A stretch of DNA of 52,575 bases, counting the filler, from Sphacelaria rigidula (Eukaryota), in assembly GCA_964200075.2 (NCBI GenBank). It is 4 parts of 4 records of this genome, joined end to end, with 100 filler letters (N's around TTAATTAATTAA, not from the genome) between each part and the next. Parts side by side here need not be neighbours in the genome. Positions count along the whole stretch, not along the records: positions 26,339 to 39,407 come from CAXNAA020003178.1; positions 39,508 to 52,575 come from CAXNAA020003179.1; 2 more parts are not named here. One strand, given 5' to 3'. The notes beneath the pieces were generated by a model that was given only the letters and a program-made list of their open reading frames with translations, did no database searches and was not told where the DNA came from. Positions 38,686 to 50,929 of this stretch are shown piece after piece. Numbering within the stretch: the first letter of the stretch is position 1; each line of letters starts with the position of its first letter. Made by a program: the position numbers and the translations under genes.

Positions 38686-39102
38686 CCAAACGGAAACGCT
38701 TACATGAGCGATGTTGGTAAGGAGCACTACGGCGACTTCGGCCAGGACCAGTTCGGTATGTCTCAACAGATGGCCGGCGGTCAGGGTTCGACGGCATCAG
38801 GCGTCGGCGGCTCAGGCGGTGGCGGTACCGGTGCGGGCGGGGGTAGCAGCGCCAGCGGTGCAGGCACAGCTGGCGTGTCGTCCTCAGCATCCTCTGCTTC
38901 AGCTAGCGGTATTGGTGGCGCTGCTGATAAGACCTCTGGCGGTGGCTTGTCCGGCAGCGCGGCGGGCGGCGCCGGCGGAGGTGGCGCCGGCGGAGGCTCC
39001 AGCAGCGGGATGAGCTCACACTACGGTGGCGGTGGCCACACCGGGGGTGGGCGCCAAGCTCAGGGCATGTACGGTGCCGGTCAGGGCAGTGTGCCTGGAC
39101 AG
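38686..39102 (+). CDS. Low-complexity protein exon K (G/S-rich); gene continues beyond the block
   Basis: Long pyrimidine tract, aaccag| acceptor and CAG|gtgagc donor; 417 nt. Confidence 0.85.
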
Positions 39103-39407
39103 GTGAGCGACGACGGGGTGTTCAGCGGGCGAGACGGGGAGGTGGGGCGTGAGTGCAGCTGTTGAAACGAGCGTGGCGAGCTGGGGAAGAGACCTACGGT
39201 AGTACAGGCTGGTGGCACTACTCGACTCCCCCCCCCTTCCCCCCTCCCCTCTCCCCCAAATTGCCTCCTTTGATCGTTTTGTCTGAGAAAGTACAACCGT
39301 GGCCAACTAATGAAATTGCCACGGTTAGGACGAATCATGACGACTTAAGATCACCAAATCCACGATTTCTTCGGCCTGATTGCCCAAAAGGGAAAAATAA
39401 ATTGACC

Positions 39408-39507
39408 NNNNNNNNNNNNNNNNNNNNNNNNNNNNNNNNNNNNNNNNNNNNTTAATTAATTAANNNNNNNNNNNNNNNNNNNNNNNNNNNNNNNNNNNNN
39501 NNNNNNN
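39408..39507. other. Artificial linker/gap
   Basis: Identical N44-TTAATTAATTAA-N44 spacer. Confidence 0.97.
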
Positions 39508-39920
39508 CTTTCGGGCAATCAGGCAGAAGAAATCGTGAATTTGGTGATTTTGAGTCGTGATGATTTGTCCTAACCGTGGAATATCTTGTGTGCGGTATGT
39601 CACAAACTGTCTACTGCACACATTGCTCCGCTTGCGACACGATAACTACTGTACCAAGCGGCGATCGGCCGCAGTATGGGTTGATACGCCCATCATTTTG
39701 ATCCACACTATACCTGTACCTTCCGTGCGTGTGCATGTGTGTGTGTTTGTGTGTTTGTGTTTGTCTGTGCGTGTGTGTTGCCATCCCATCCATGCTGTAC
39801 CTTGATAGGATTATTTACGTGTTGGTTACCACAGTCTCGCCGCAGGTGGTACAACCACAAAATGCAAATGATGACCACTACCAGCGTGGCACGCAGGCTA
39901 GATGATGGCCGATTTTTTCG

Positions 39921-40018
39921 TAGACTAAAAGGCGGGGTTTTGAAAACTGATTTTTCTGGAGAAAATCTCTGAGAAAAGTCATTTTGGACGACTTTTCTCA
40001 GAGACTTTTTTCAGTCTA
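39921..40018. repeat. Small palindromic MITE-like element
   Basis: Inner perfect 15-bp inverted repeat tctctgagaaaagtc/gacttttctcagaga (39966-40004); outer tagact...agtcta. Confidence 0.55.
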
Positions 40019-41495
40019 CAAGAAGCGGCCTGACAGAGTTCACTTACAACGCGTGACTTATTTGCTCTTTTGGCTGAGCCATCGACATTCGGCACAACGC
40101 AGCTCAAACACGGCCGTTACACACAAAACACAGACGCCACGCCAGCACGACCTCGCTTTTCATCAGAGATCATGGTAAGCTTTCGTCCGTGACTGAACAG
40201 TCGTGTTTATGCATATCATATTTTGCTTTCACTGGCACAATCCTGTGTCCTCGGACCCGCAGTCCATGCTGTGGAAAAGAAAGGCACAGTTCGACCATCT
40301 TATCTTCAATGGCAACGAATCTCAATTGTTCTGAACCCCCGATTTATCAAATTCGCGAACTCGAAACCGGGAGGACCGTTTTATGGTACAGACAAAATCA
40401 AAGATTTTTGAAACAGCTCTGTACACAGACGGTCATTTTCTACATGAGTCATGTACTGTGTACAGTACTCGTGCATGGGACCGAAGAGTAGACAGGCGAT
40501 GAATAATCGTCCGAGTACAGGGCAGGATACTCTATCAGTACAGGACGTGATAATCCTGTGTGGTGGTACATGGCACAGTCGGTATTGCAAGGACAGTGAA
40601 CAAGTAGTGAAGGAGCACAATTCAGTAGTGCAGTGCTTGCCATTCATCACCCTGCAAGTACAGCGACAACAAACTAAGAGAGTACAGTACCGTTCGTTAT
40701 AGTGATACACATGGCAGCGCAGCGCAGCATAAAATATTACCATCGCCGCAGGGTACGGCGACAAGACTTACAACCCGCTTGCAAAACCCCATGCGAAGCT
40801 GGTTCAGCAGCTGGCGCGCGCAGGCACGCCCAGCGCTGTTACGAGACTGTCTTCTGCTGCGGTTGCACCAGTGTTAAACGTCTCATACCCGACCATTGTA
40901 CGTCAATGCGTCACCTCAAACAAAACGGGAGGGGTCACGATCTCGGAACGATTCCTCCCGATTTCGTTTCACCCAATGTTCGAACAAATCGAGATTGGTG
41001 ACTGCCATAAGAGATGGTCTTACACATGCGCACGGGTGTGGAAGGGCCCTCCCTCGAGGAAAAACACACGAGTGGGTGGATTCGAAGTTCATTTTCTACG
41101 TGTTGTACACTGTAGCGCCATGCTCGCTTGTGAGCCACATTGCCGTTGTCATTTAGTTTTGGGGGGTGGCATGTTGTGTGTGGTCAGGGTGCGGTACGGA
41201 TGTTGTACGGTATGATGTACGGTGTGGCGCCAAGAGTTCGCTGTAGTGTCTGCACGATTGATAGGAACATGATCTTGCGCCGTACAGCGGTTGGTAGGTG
41301 CTGAGATTTCAAAGATGGCGCGGCACCGGGGACAAGCCGCATATATGTTGGCCCTTGACAATATACCATGTCCACGGCTACGTCCTGCAAGAAGCCTGCT
41401 CGATCCTACCCATACCACCGCACAAACTGACGATCGGTAGTTCCCAAACGCTGGCAAACAGATACTGATGTTGCACAACCGCGATGGTAATTTTC

Positions 41496-42306
41496 CAAGG
41501 GTAGGTCGAGTAGAGCATTTGAGATCATACTCAATCTACTCGAAATTTGAGTAGAGCATTGAGGTCCTACCCAGGTGATACTCTATACTCAAATATTACT
41601 GAGAGTGCTTACTCAATATTTGAGTAGAGTAAAACCGTCGCAAAAGTTAGTCGCTGGTTCGATTCCCGTCGAACGCGCTTTCTTTGAAGAAAAAGAGGAG
41701 ATGAAACCTCTGTAAAACATTGGCCCCAAGGAGAGAAAACCGTAGTAAAAAATGGCCCAAAGAGAAAAAAGGGTGAGGTATAGCCTGGTGCGCACAGCTA
41801 CTGCAGCACAGGAAGTATGTTTGAAGTTGACTGCTACGGACCCCAGTGCACACACTCTGGAAATGAGTGGGGGAGACGAGTAACTCAAGGTTACGATGAG
41901 AAGTGACAACACTAGAGGTCCTGATGGCAGTCAATAGAGCGCTGGCAAGGGGAGTCGCCCTCCTCGGAGTGAAAGTGACGGAGATTGAACGCCCACGACT
42001 AACTTTTGCGACGGTTTAAAAGACTACCAACTAGACTTATGACCAGCCAGCGCTGACTTGGTCAGTAGTCTAGTTGGTTGTCTCTTAAACCGTCACAGGA
42101 TGTACTCGATCTACTCAAAATTTGTGTAGAGTATTGAGGTCATACTCGAGTGATTCTCTATACTCCAGTATTACTGAGAGTGCTTACTCAATATTTTAGT
42201 AGAGTACTAGAGGTCGTACTCGACCTACTCAAACGTCAAGTAGAATAAATACTTGAGTATTTTACTCGAGTGCTCAAAAGTACATATTCTACTCGACCTA
42301 CCCTTG
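41496..42306. mobile_element. MITE with CAAGG termini (hAT-like) containing nested tRNA-SINE-like pieces
   Basis: Perfect 19-bp TIR caagggtaggtcgagtaga / tctactcgacctacccttg, with tactcga/gagtagag subrepeats. Inside is an inverted pair aaaccgtcgcaaaagttagtcg (~41632 and ~41996-42017), with B-box ggttcgattcc and A-box-like tctagttgg pieces. Confidence 0.7.
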
Positions 42307-44844
42307 AAAAAATGGTCGTTACCGTATTCAACCGGCTGGTGAGATGGGGCGCTGGGGCAGGTAGGTTCATCCACCTGCACGCTTTCCGAACGTAGCTGTG
42401 CCTGGGCACACGTCGTGGTAACGTCGTGTCATTGAGTATTTTGAGCCATTTCTCGAGACACGTTATCAAACTTATACCAAGATGCTTCACTGACGAGATA
42501 CGTTTAAATCCGCCAAACCTTTTTACGATAAAACGGTGGTGATTCCAAGATTGCATTCGATGTCTTGATAAGGTGGGAATCATTGTAGCATGACAGCAGC
42601 AGCCTCTCGAAGCACCACAGAGGTCGCATGCGATAGAGGGTGTTGAACACCGAAGGAGGAACAAATGCTGCTGTCCTTCGTCCCAAGCCGCTTGAATGTG
42701 CTACGAAGTATCGATTACCCTTCTCACCCCATGTATATAAGTACCTTCTAACCGCTTCTGCAATCGTTCATACCTGCTGCGTGCTGTTGTTTGCTGTGAA
42801 GAAATCGGAGTCACGTACGCCGCGTAGGTCCCAATAACCCGCGATATCCGTCATCTCCTACGAGAATACGGTGACGTTTACGCCACCAGCATGAAGAGTG
42901 CAAGACTGTCCTAGGAGCAAATGATGCCCCGCAGTAGGGCTTTCCATGGAACCGGTTCCGGTATTGTTGACCATCGCGACGGCGGGGCTATGCCACTTTC
43001 ACAAATGACCATCCCGGGGTCTTTTCACACGATGACACTGACATGGGTACGTTAACCTCGCGATGGCCCACATCTACAGCCTGCTTCCACTGCTTGACCC
43101 AAAAACATGTCTCCGGTGCAAACGCAACATACAGCAGGAGAGAACAACACAGCAAGTTGGCTCCTGCATGCTCACCGCCAACTTAGAGTGCACCGCGCGT
43201 TCTGATTCATCATCAAGGCCCCCCTTCATTTCACGACATCCTGGGATACTAAATACTCCCTAGTGGCGGTACCTGTTGGTGGCGTTTTGGCACAGAAATC
43301 GTGACACTCCAACTTTTGCCGATTGCACCAAAAACTGGTGGGCGTGTAGCTGATATCAGGACAAGGAGAAAGATGCCTCTTTCGGCCTCCCAATAGGTCG
43401 TCCATCGAAAGCTACTGCCGAAACAAGCAGAGGGCAAATGATCTGCAGCCGTAAATGGGCTTCCATACCTTCGAGAATACATACCCTATGTTGGCTTTTT
43501 CGCTCGAAGGTCAACATGTTCAACCCAAAAAATGTAGGATAAATGCATTTTAATCATTCGAAAAAACCCTTCCTTTCTTTGCTTTTCCGAAAACCAATGC
43601 GTTTGTTCCTTTCTCGGTAGTCCAGTCCAGTAATAGACCTGGCTCCGAGAAAAGAGGGGGGAAGGTACTGCAATCATGGCCTTCATATGATTGAGATTCT
43701 TACGCTGAATCTTCGAGCCAGTGGATCTACTCCAAATGTATACGGTGTCGGTAAAATTAGCAGGTATTTCTGCCGATTTTACAAATACCCTGTATGTCTG
43801 TGGGTACGGCATAGATCTATCAGGAGTTGACTCTTCACGTGTGACAACACTATCAAGTCCGACGTAGTGCTCGTACGGTTACTTGGTTGAGTGGAGACGT
43901 GGAATCGCCTTCACATCTCCGACTTTTTCACATAAGGACCCATGTGTGTAAGTTCCGAGCCTTACAAGATACGGTTCACGCGGGTGGATTCAAGAGCGCA
44001 AGGCACTCATGTGCCAGAGGGCGCCCAAAACGCACGCGTTTCATTCAAAGGTCCATGAATGCCACGCATCATTGCGTTTTTCGCGTGCATGATACCGCAC
44101 AGATTTCTGTTTTTTCATTATATTTGTATCAAAACGAACCGTGCGCATCAGATTCGGCCCTGTGCACCGGCCGTTTGAATGGTTTCAAAACAAGCAAATC
44201 GGAGCAGGCGCTGCCCCTGCACGCAGTTGCCTCGTCCGGGGCGGATGTTTGTTTAGCTTAACCGCGTTGACCGTATTTCCGGGGTACCCGACGGAAACAC
44301 AAATGAGGTTGTAAACCAGTTGTGCGTTCAGCCTTCTACAGTACAAAATAGATGGAACACATGACCCCGTTCCCGAGTACATGAGTATCCATGAGGAAGG
44401 TCGATGAGGGACATGCGATGTTTGGCGCTTGCGCTGTGTTCAACAAGTTAGTCATCGACACAGAGCCTCTGGTTCGCATTCTGCTCACTTACTAGGGAGA
44501 CGCGTCGCTTGCTTCATTGCCAAACTAAGATCCATCCCCTTCGCAATTGATTCGAATTTGCAAACGCAGATGCTATCGTATGACTGCACCTTCCTGTCAT
44601 CGCAATCACTGCCATGATGCCGTGATGGATCGATTGATTGGCTGTCGCACATCAACTAACAAAAATCCCCTCAGGGATACAGCCGTGGCCATGGAAGCCA
44701 AAATGAACTATAACGGTAACACTCGCTGAAGAAAAGGGAAAAAAAACAGACGGTAGAACAGAGAAACGGAGCACGGATCGGACGAGTAATTCGACTCTCT
44801 TCAACATTTGTACGAGTCAATCATACAGTTATTACAGGGGTAAT

Positions 44845-46165
44845 GATTCGTACATGTTTTTAATTTGTGATTCGTGCGGTACACCGTCGAAAGTACACGT
44901 TACTCGTTCGTATGGGATGGGTTATACGTACATGTTTCCCACCTTCACTTCGTTCGGTATGGGTTATAGGTTCATCTTTCCCAATTTCTAGTCATGCGGC
45001 ATGAATCATTGACACTTGTTCCTGACCTTCCATCCATGCGCCATGAATCACAGGAACATGTGTCTCCCCTTCCATCAATGCAGCATTAATCATGGGAACA
45101 CGTTACCCACCTTCCACTCACACGAGGTGAATCAAGCGCACGTGACTCCCAACTTTCATTTATGCAGTATGATTTTTACATACATTTTCCCCACCTGCCA
45201 TACGATATGGATCAAATGCACATGTTTCTCGCTTTTCGTTTAAAGAGCATGAATCGTGCTTGGATGTTCCCTAACGGTTACGCGGCTTGCTTGCAGGTAT
45301 GGTAGGCAAATAAGAGAGTGCAGGTCGCGAATGCCTTCAGAGCCAAAGCCACAGTATACCTAGTTGCAAATTTTGTACGCACACTTAACACGACACATCA
45401 AATATAGTACAACACATGCGTCTGCGTGCCCAGAGCGGATCTTCTAGCTATTGCGTGTCCCGAGCTATGGTAGTGATGGTCTTTCTGCGGTTCCATGTTT
45501 TGTTCTGCGGCACAGCTGACCTATGTCAACGAATGCGAGGACAGCTTCAGACAGCACTAGTACTGCAAGAGGCGTCACCGCATGTCAGCGTTAGCTACTG
45601 GAAACACTCCGGCAGCGCTCACTGCAGTCAGCGCATAGTACAATCAGCACAGAACAACCTGGTAATGTACAATCTATACGGCGTACAACATACACCTGTA
45701 ATGTAAAACCTTCAAATAACTGTCATAGATACATGATCCCGTTCCATTCATACAGCAAGAATCAAGCCTACATGCTCACCTTTCATTCATACGAGGTGAA
45801 TCAAGCGCACATGTTCCCCAGTTTCTGTTTATGCAGCAAAGGTGACATCCTCGTGTTCTCCGCCTTTCGTTCATACGAAGTGAATCAAGCGTACGTGTTT
45901 CCCCATTTATATTCAAGCCGACATAAATCATACGTACATGTTTCCGACCTCACATCCATACAAGTTATATAATGCGTATATGTTCCCCATCTTCCATTCG
46001 TACAAGCCGGATGAGATGTGCATGTTTTCCACAACTAATTCATACAGCAATCGTGATTTGTACATATCTTCACTGTTGATTCGTGTGGCACTACTTGGGA
46101 TGCACACATTCCCAGTTCGTGATTCGTGCGGCACGACCTTGAGCGTACACCTTCACAACCCGTGA
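44845..46165 (+). repeat. Degenerate 42-bp minisatellite in two blocks (~44845-45270 and ~45720-46165)
   Basis: The unit is approximately acatgtttcccaccttccattcatgcagcatgaatcatgcgt. ORFs 45016 and 45733 show 14-aa periodicity. Confidence 0.75.
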
Positions 46166-46515
46166 GTCAAATGAGATGACGCTTTGGTACATGATTCGCA
46201 TTGAACAGTTATGGAGAGTCGATCCGTATGAACTCTGATTTGTTCGGATCGTTAAACGGGGTAGACTGAGAGAAGAAGAGCAAAAAAGAGCTGAAAAGTA
46301 CGGGCCTCTGCAACGTGGCTTCGGTGGAAAAGGTCTTGCTTGCGCAAAGGCACACAATCATACCCAATCGTGAGACCGGGGGGCCGCGGGATCAGATTGC
46401 GGTTTATCTCTTCCGACGTCACTTTTCCGGGTATGAAGCTCTCATCTATGAACACAACGAAAGCGAGGCATCAAACCACTACTTACATGCACGGGCAGAA
46501 AAGAGTACGTATATA

Positions 46516-48138
46516 TGTACATGTATCATTTCACATTTTTCACTACCTTTGCCGAGTTTCCTCTGGCGGCAAGGCATTTTTCCCCACGCTTTTTTTGTAG
46601 CGCACTGAGAAGGCTCATCGGCACATTGCCGTTTAGGTTTGGGTGTCATCTGATACCTGTGGCGCGTGTTCCGGCCACCGAAAGTCGCTCAAAGTGACCC
46701 TTTTTCGCGGGATGTTCGATCCCGATCCACACAAGCCTTTAGATCAAGGAAAAGTGGAAACAGGAACGCGAACCACAATGCCTCAAGATCATGCAAAACT
46801 CGAAACATCATGACTTTCGGTGGGGTATTTTCTCCCCGTGTTTCTCTGTGCACGAACACACCGGTTATGCCGTCAATGTCACGAGAACATGAGAGCAAAG
46901 CAGTTGAAAACGATTGAACATTGCCTTGGCCTTGATCAGTAGCAAACACAAGACCGTGCAATATGCCGTTGGCGAGTTGAACATGGCACGTGCGTGGGCA
47001 AACGTCCCCACTGTGGGTCACCTGTGTAGGACCAGCGCAGGGGGGTGCCGATATCCCTGTGATCATGCAACCCGTAACAGAGTTCCCTCACAGGATGCAC
47101 CTGTGAAGTACCGGCGCAGGGATATCCTTGTGACAGGGATGACAGGGATGTCATAGGGATACCCCTACGCAGGTTCTCCACAGGCAGATCTCTGCGCCGG
47201 TACTTCACAGGTCAATACCTGTGAGTTAGCCCGCTGCTTCGGTAGGCATATAAACAGCAGTGCAACTGTGAAGTAAGTGTGCAGGGATATCCCGGGGGGC
47301 ACTCTGCAAGTATAGTCGCACACGTTAATAATACAGTAGATGGGATCAACACTCCTGTGCAGTCTAAGTAGTACACGATACAGGGTGTCGTCCCATATGT
47401 ATACAGTATACTGTATACTAAAGACGGTATGTTGCATTCCCATGGAGCCGGTTTACATTGCAGGAGTCTAGATATTACCATAGAAAATGCGGGTATATAA
47501 TATAATGAGTGAATCGCGGTCAAAGGTGTGCATTCGGAATCGTGACCTGTGTAATTGGAGGCTGCGTCGTCAGTTGTGTTTGTTTGTCCACGTCTGTTTA
47601 TTTCCGCGGAGGGCAATATATACCCGCTCGATCGTCGCGGACAAAGCGATGACTCGCGCCCTTCTCTCTTCATTCAACCGATGTATATTATGTACATGTA
47701 TCATTTCACATTTTCCACCACTTTTGCCGAGTTTTCTCTGGCGGCAAGGCATTTTCCCCCATGGTTTCTTTTGCAGCGCACTGAGAAGGCCCAGCGGTAC
47801 ATTACCGTTCAGGTTTGGGTGTCATCTGATACCTGTGGCGCGTGTTCTGGCCACCGAAAGTCGCTCAAACTGGACCTTTTTCGCGGGGTGTCGATCCCGA
47901 ACCATGCAAGCCTCTTCAAGATCATGCAAAACTCGAAACATCATTACTTTTGGCGGGGTATATTCTCCCCGTCTTTCTCTTCGCTGCCTTCTCGCTCATT
48001 TGGGAGCACGAACACACCGGTTATGCCGCCAATGTCACGAGAACATGAGAGCAAAGCAGTTGAAAACAAATGAACATTGCCTTGGCCTTGAATGCAGCAA
48101 ACACAAGACCGTGCAATGGGCCGTTGGCAAGTTGAACA
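46516..48138 (+). repeat. Direct repeat pair of ~450-470 bp (46516-46983 and 47691-48138) with a ~700-bp spacer
   Basis: Both copies start tgtacatgtatcatttcacatttt and end aaacacaagaccgtgcaat...agttgaaca. Similarity is high throughout, with two indels. Confidence 0.85.
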
Positions 48139-49734
48139 AGCAACAGCAGCACGCTGCACAGGAGTGTTTTGCCGCAAAAAACAATCACCCTGTTTCACAA
48201 AAAGGCCCGGTGATGTGGAAGCCACAGTGATCTACAAAAGACATGCCAAGAATGTTCCACGCATTCCATTTTTTTTCCGAAAATGCCTCCCGCTGTCATA
48301 TCTTTGTGGCACGAGAGCTACTTCGCACTCTGGCACCTCGGGTATGACACATATGTCATACGCCGGAGGTTGCGCCGTCGGGCTCCGTCTGAATTCCCAT
48401 ATTCCCGAACGACATCCTATAACGCGTGCGATGTTCTGTACAGCCACAACCACTGCTGTACATTGAGATATAAAAGTAGATTCTCTTAACAACATATCTT
48501 CGACTTGCGTCACCCCAGGAGGCCCGTACCAACCTTCCGAAGGCGAACCTTGTCTCTGTATATATATATATGGAGAGGGAGATGGGGACAGAGAGGATAA
48601 AAAATGAGTCTACAGAGGCGATGAAACGCACGAATACTCCACAGTAAATCAAGTGCACAAACACACCAGGAAGCACCACAAAACCACTGACCGAAGACAA
48701 AATTAACGACCGATCAGAAAAAACAGGGGTTCATCGATTTTAGGGTTTGGCTCTCTAGGCGCGTTCAACCTATTTGGGACCAGGCCTCCAGAACGATCAA
48801 TGAGGCTGGTTATGAATGACTTGTCTGGCGTGCACGAAACAGACTGGCGTGTGAAAATCCGCGTATGTAACCGCAGGGTTATGACGAAGACCGAAAGTTT
48901 CATCCTATTTTCAGGTGCAGCGTGCGCATTACGTGGTGTACATCTGAGGTAGCAAGCAGTATGGGTCGCGGAAGAGAGCTTTCAACAGGAAACGGCGACC
49001 GGCGGGCCGCCCGCCACTTGTGGCTTTGGATGGCATTGTCGTCCTCATCACCTTGCCCCACAGCCCTTTGTGGTCGGGGTGGGCCGCCATCTCCCTCTTT
49101 GTTGCATGCGGCAAATTCTCTTCGAAGGGTATATAAGCTTTGCGGCGCGCATACATACAGTAAAGCGCAGCACACCTCCCCGACTGCAGCAGCTGCTACC
49201 GTGCAGACTCCCTTGCACGTTCAGGGCGATTCTCAGCCACCGAGATCAACTGCCTATATACCGCTTCTTCATCCCCGCCTCCTACATACATGTTAACTCT
49301 ACGCTGCAAGTCCTCGGCATAAGGATAAGCAGAATTCATGACGGTAGCTCGTTTTGTCTCTCCACGGCCCACCTGGGTTTAGTGCCTTGTGAGATGACGA
49401 CATGGTAGCATGTACACTCCTCCCCGTTTTTTCCCCGTCCACCCTGTGTTAGTAACAAGTACTGCGTTTCAGTATAAAATTGGGACCCAAAAAAACACTC
49501 CGGAAAAACGTGGGAACGCTATACTAAGTGCAAGTAATACCATAAACCAAGCTGCAACCATCAAGCACTTCAACATCCGGAGAGGCTTATCCGGGCCAGG
49601 GATAGGGCCCCCACACGAGCTTTGCAGTGGCATCACACTCGACAACAATCCCCGCGCTGGTCGTTCAGATCAAGTCGATAAATTTCGCCCCGCCGTGATT
49701 GGGTAGGTCGCTCGAAGACTTTTTTTTATTATTC

Positions 49735-49786
49735 CACTAACGCAGGGTCAACCCTGCGTTAGTGTGATCCGGCCCCAAAAGGGTTA
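49735..49786. repeat. 30-bp palindrome next to a piggyBac-like end
   Basis: cactaacgcagggt-ca-accctgcgttagtg followed by ...ccccaaaaggg|ttaa. Confidence 0.5.
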
Positions 49787-50929
49787 AGGTTGAGCTTAAT
49801 TCGGTGTTTTGGGCTTGAATAAGTTCTTTTGTGGAAAGCTTTCAACGAGCCTAGAAGTTCTAAAAAAACGTATAATGTGCTCGAAATGCGCACATAATTG
49901 GCACAATTTTTTGTGGGCCTCCTAAAGCTATTGTAGCAGCTGCCCGAAAGTGCCCCCCATATGAGACACTCTCGTCACTAGGCGGGCTTCACTACTTCAA
50001 ACCGCCATGGTTGCGGGTCTGATGGGGAAAACGTTCCGCCGTAAATTTCGTCTACATGTGATACTGTGTCGAAATGAAAATGTAATCAACATTTTGCACA
50101 ATATTTGTACGGGGACTCAGGTGACCGTATCGTATCCGCGGTATTGATCAAGTATAATCGGAGTCGGAAGTTTGACAAGATTTCGAATGTCGACTGATGG
50201 TAGGTGATGGGGGCTGGGGGCGGTAGCCTGTAGCTTGTAGCTTGTAGCTTGCCGGCCGAGAAGCGTGAGGCTGCAGTATCCTGTGTCCGGAGGCTGCAAT
50301 GCGCCACTGCTGCATCATGTATCATGAGTGCATCCGGTGACATTTGTTCTTTTGACAGAGTAGCTCATTAGGTTGTCTGGGGTGTCCTCCTAACTTGATG
50401 ATGGAAGAAAAGCTGCATTTCATAAAACAAACTTTGGGACTTCGAATACCCAGATTGTCGTCTTCTCCTCATGCTAGAAGGCTCGCCTCGTGACGGGATA
50501 CTGCCACAACAAGGACGCGAAGGAGGCGCATCAAGTACGCATATTTTCGTTGAAAAAAGCTTTGGATGAGGCTTGACACTTACACGTGGAGAGTAGGTAA
50601 CCTGTCAAATCGGCATCAATTTAACTCGAAAAATGTATTAACCAGATGGACTCACCTCCTCGCGATGTGGGGTTTGAACAACGAAAACAAGCTTATATAA
50701 AATAAAGGAGCTTGATTCAAAACAAAAGGGCGCATACACAACTAAAGCCTACTCGGTTTCCATGTTTGCCCAAAATCTCGCATTCATCCCTTGTCAGGCA
50801 TATAGCGGGTATTTCTCTCGGTTCTTCCAATCTTGGATTTGTCGCAGCTGTTTTTCTCACTGTGCTAGCAAGGGAAGTTATCCAACCGGCGGCCCACGAC
50901 GCATCACGCCCTCGCTTGTGGCGGTCCAG

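Noticed and set aside
44845..46165. CRISPR-like array
   Set aside because: The units are contiguous and degenerate with no unique spacers, there are no cas genes, and the context is eukaryotic.
48700..49180. Transposase C-terminal fragment
   Set aside because: Only a vague Cys pattern is present, with no catalytic motif I can support.
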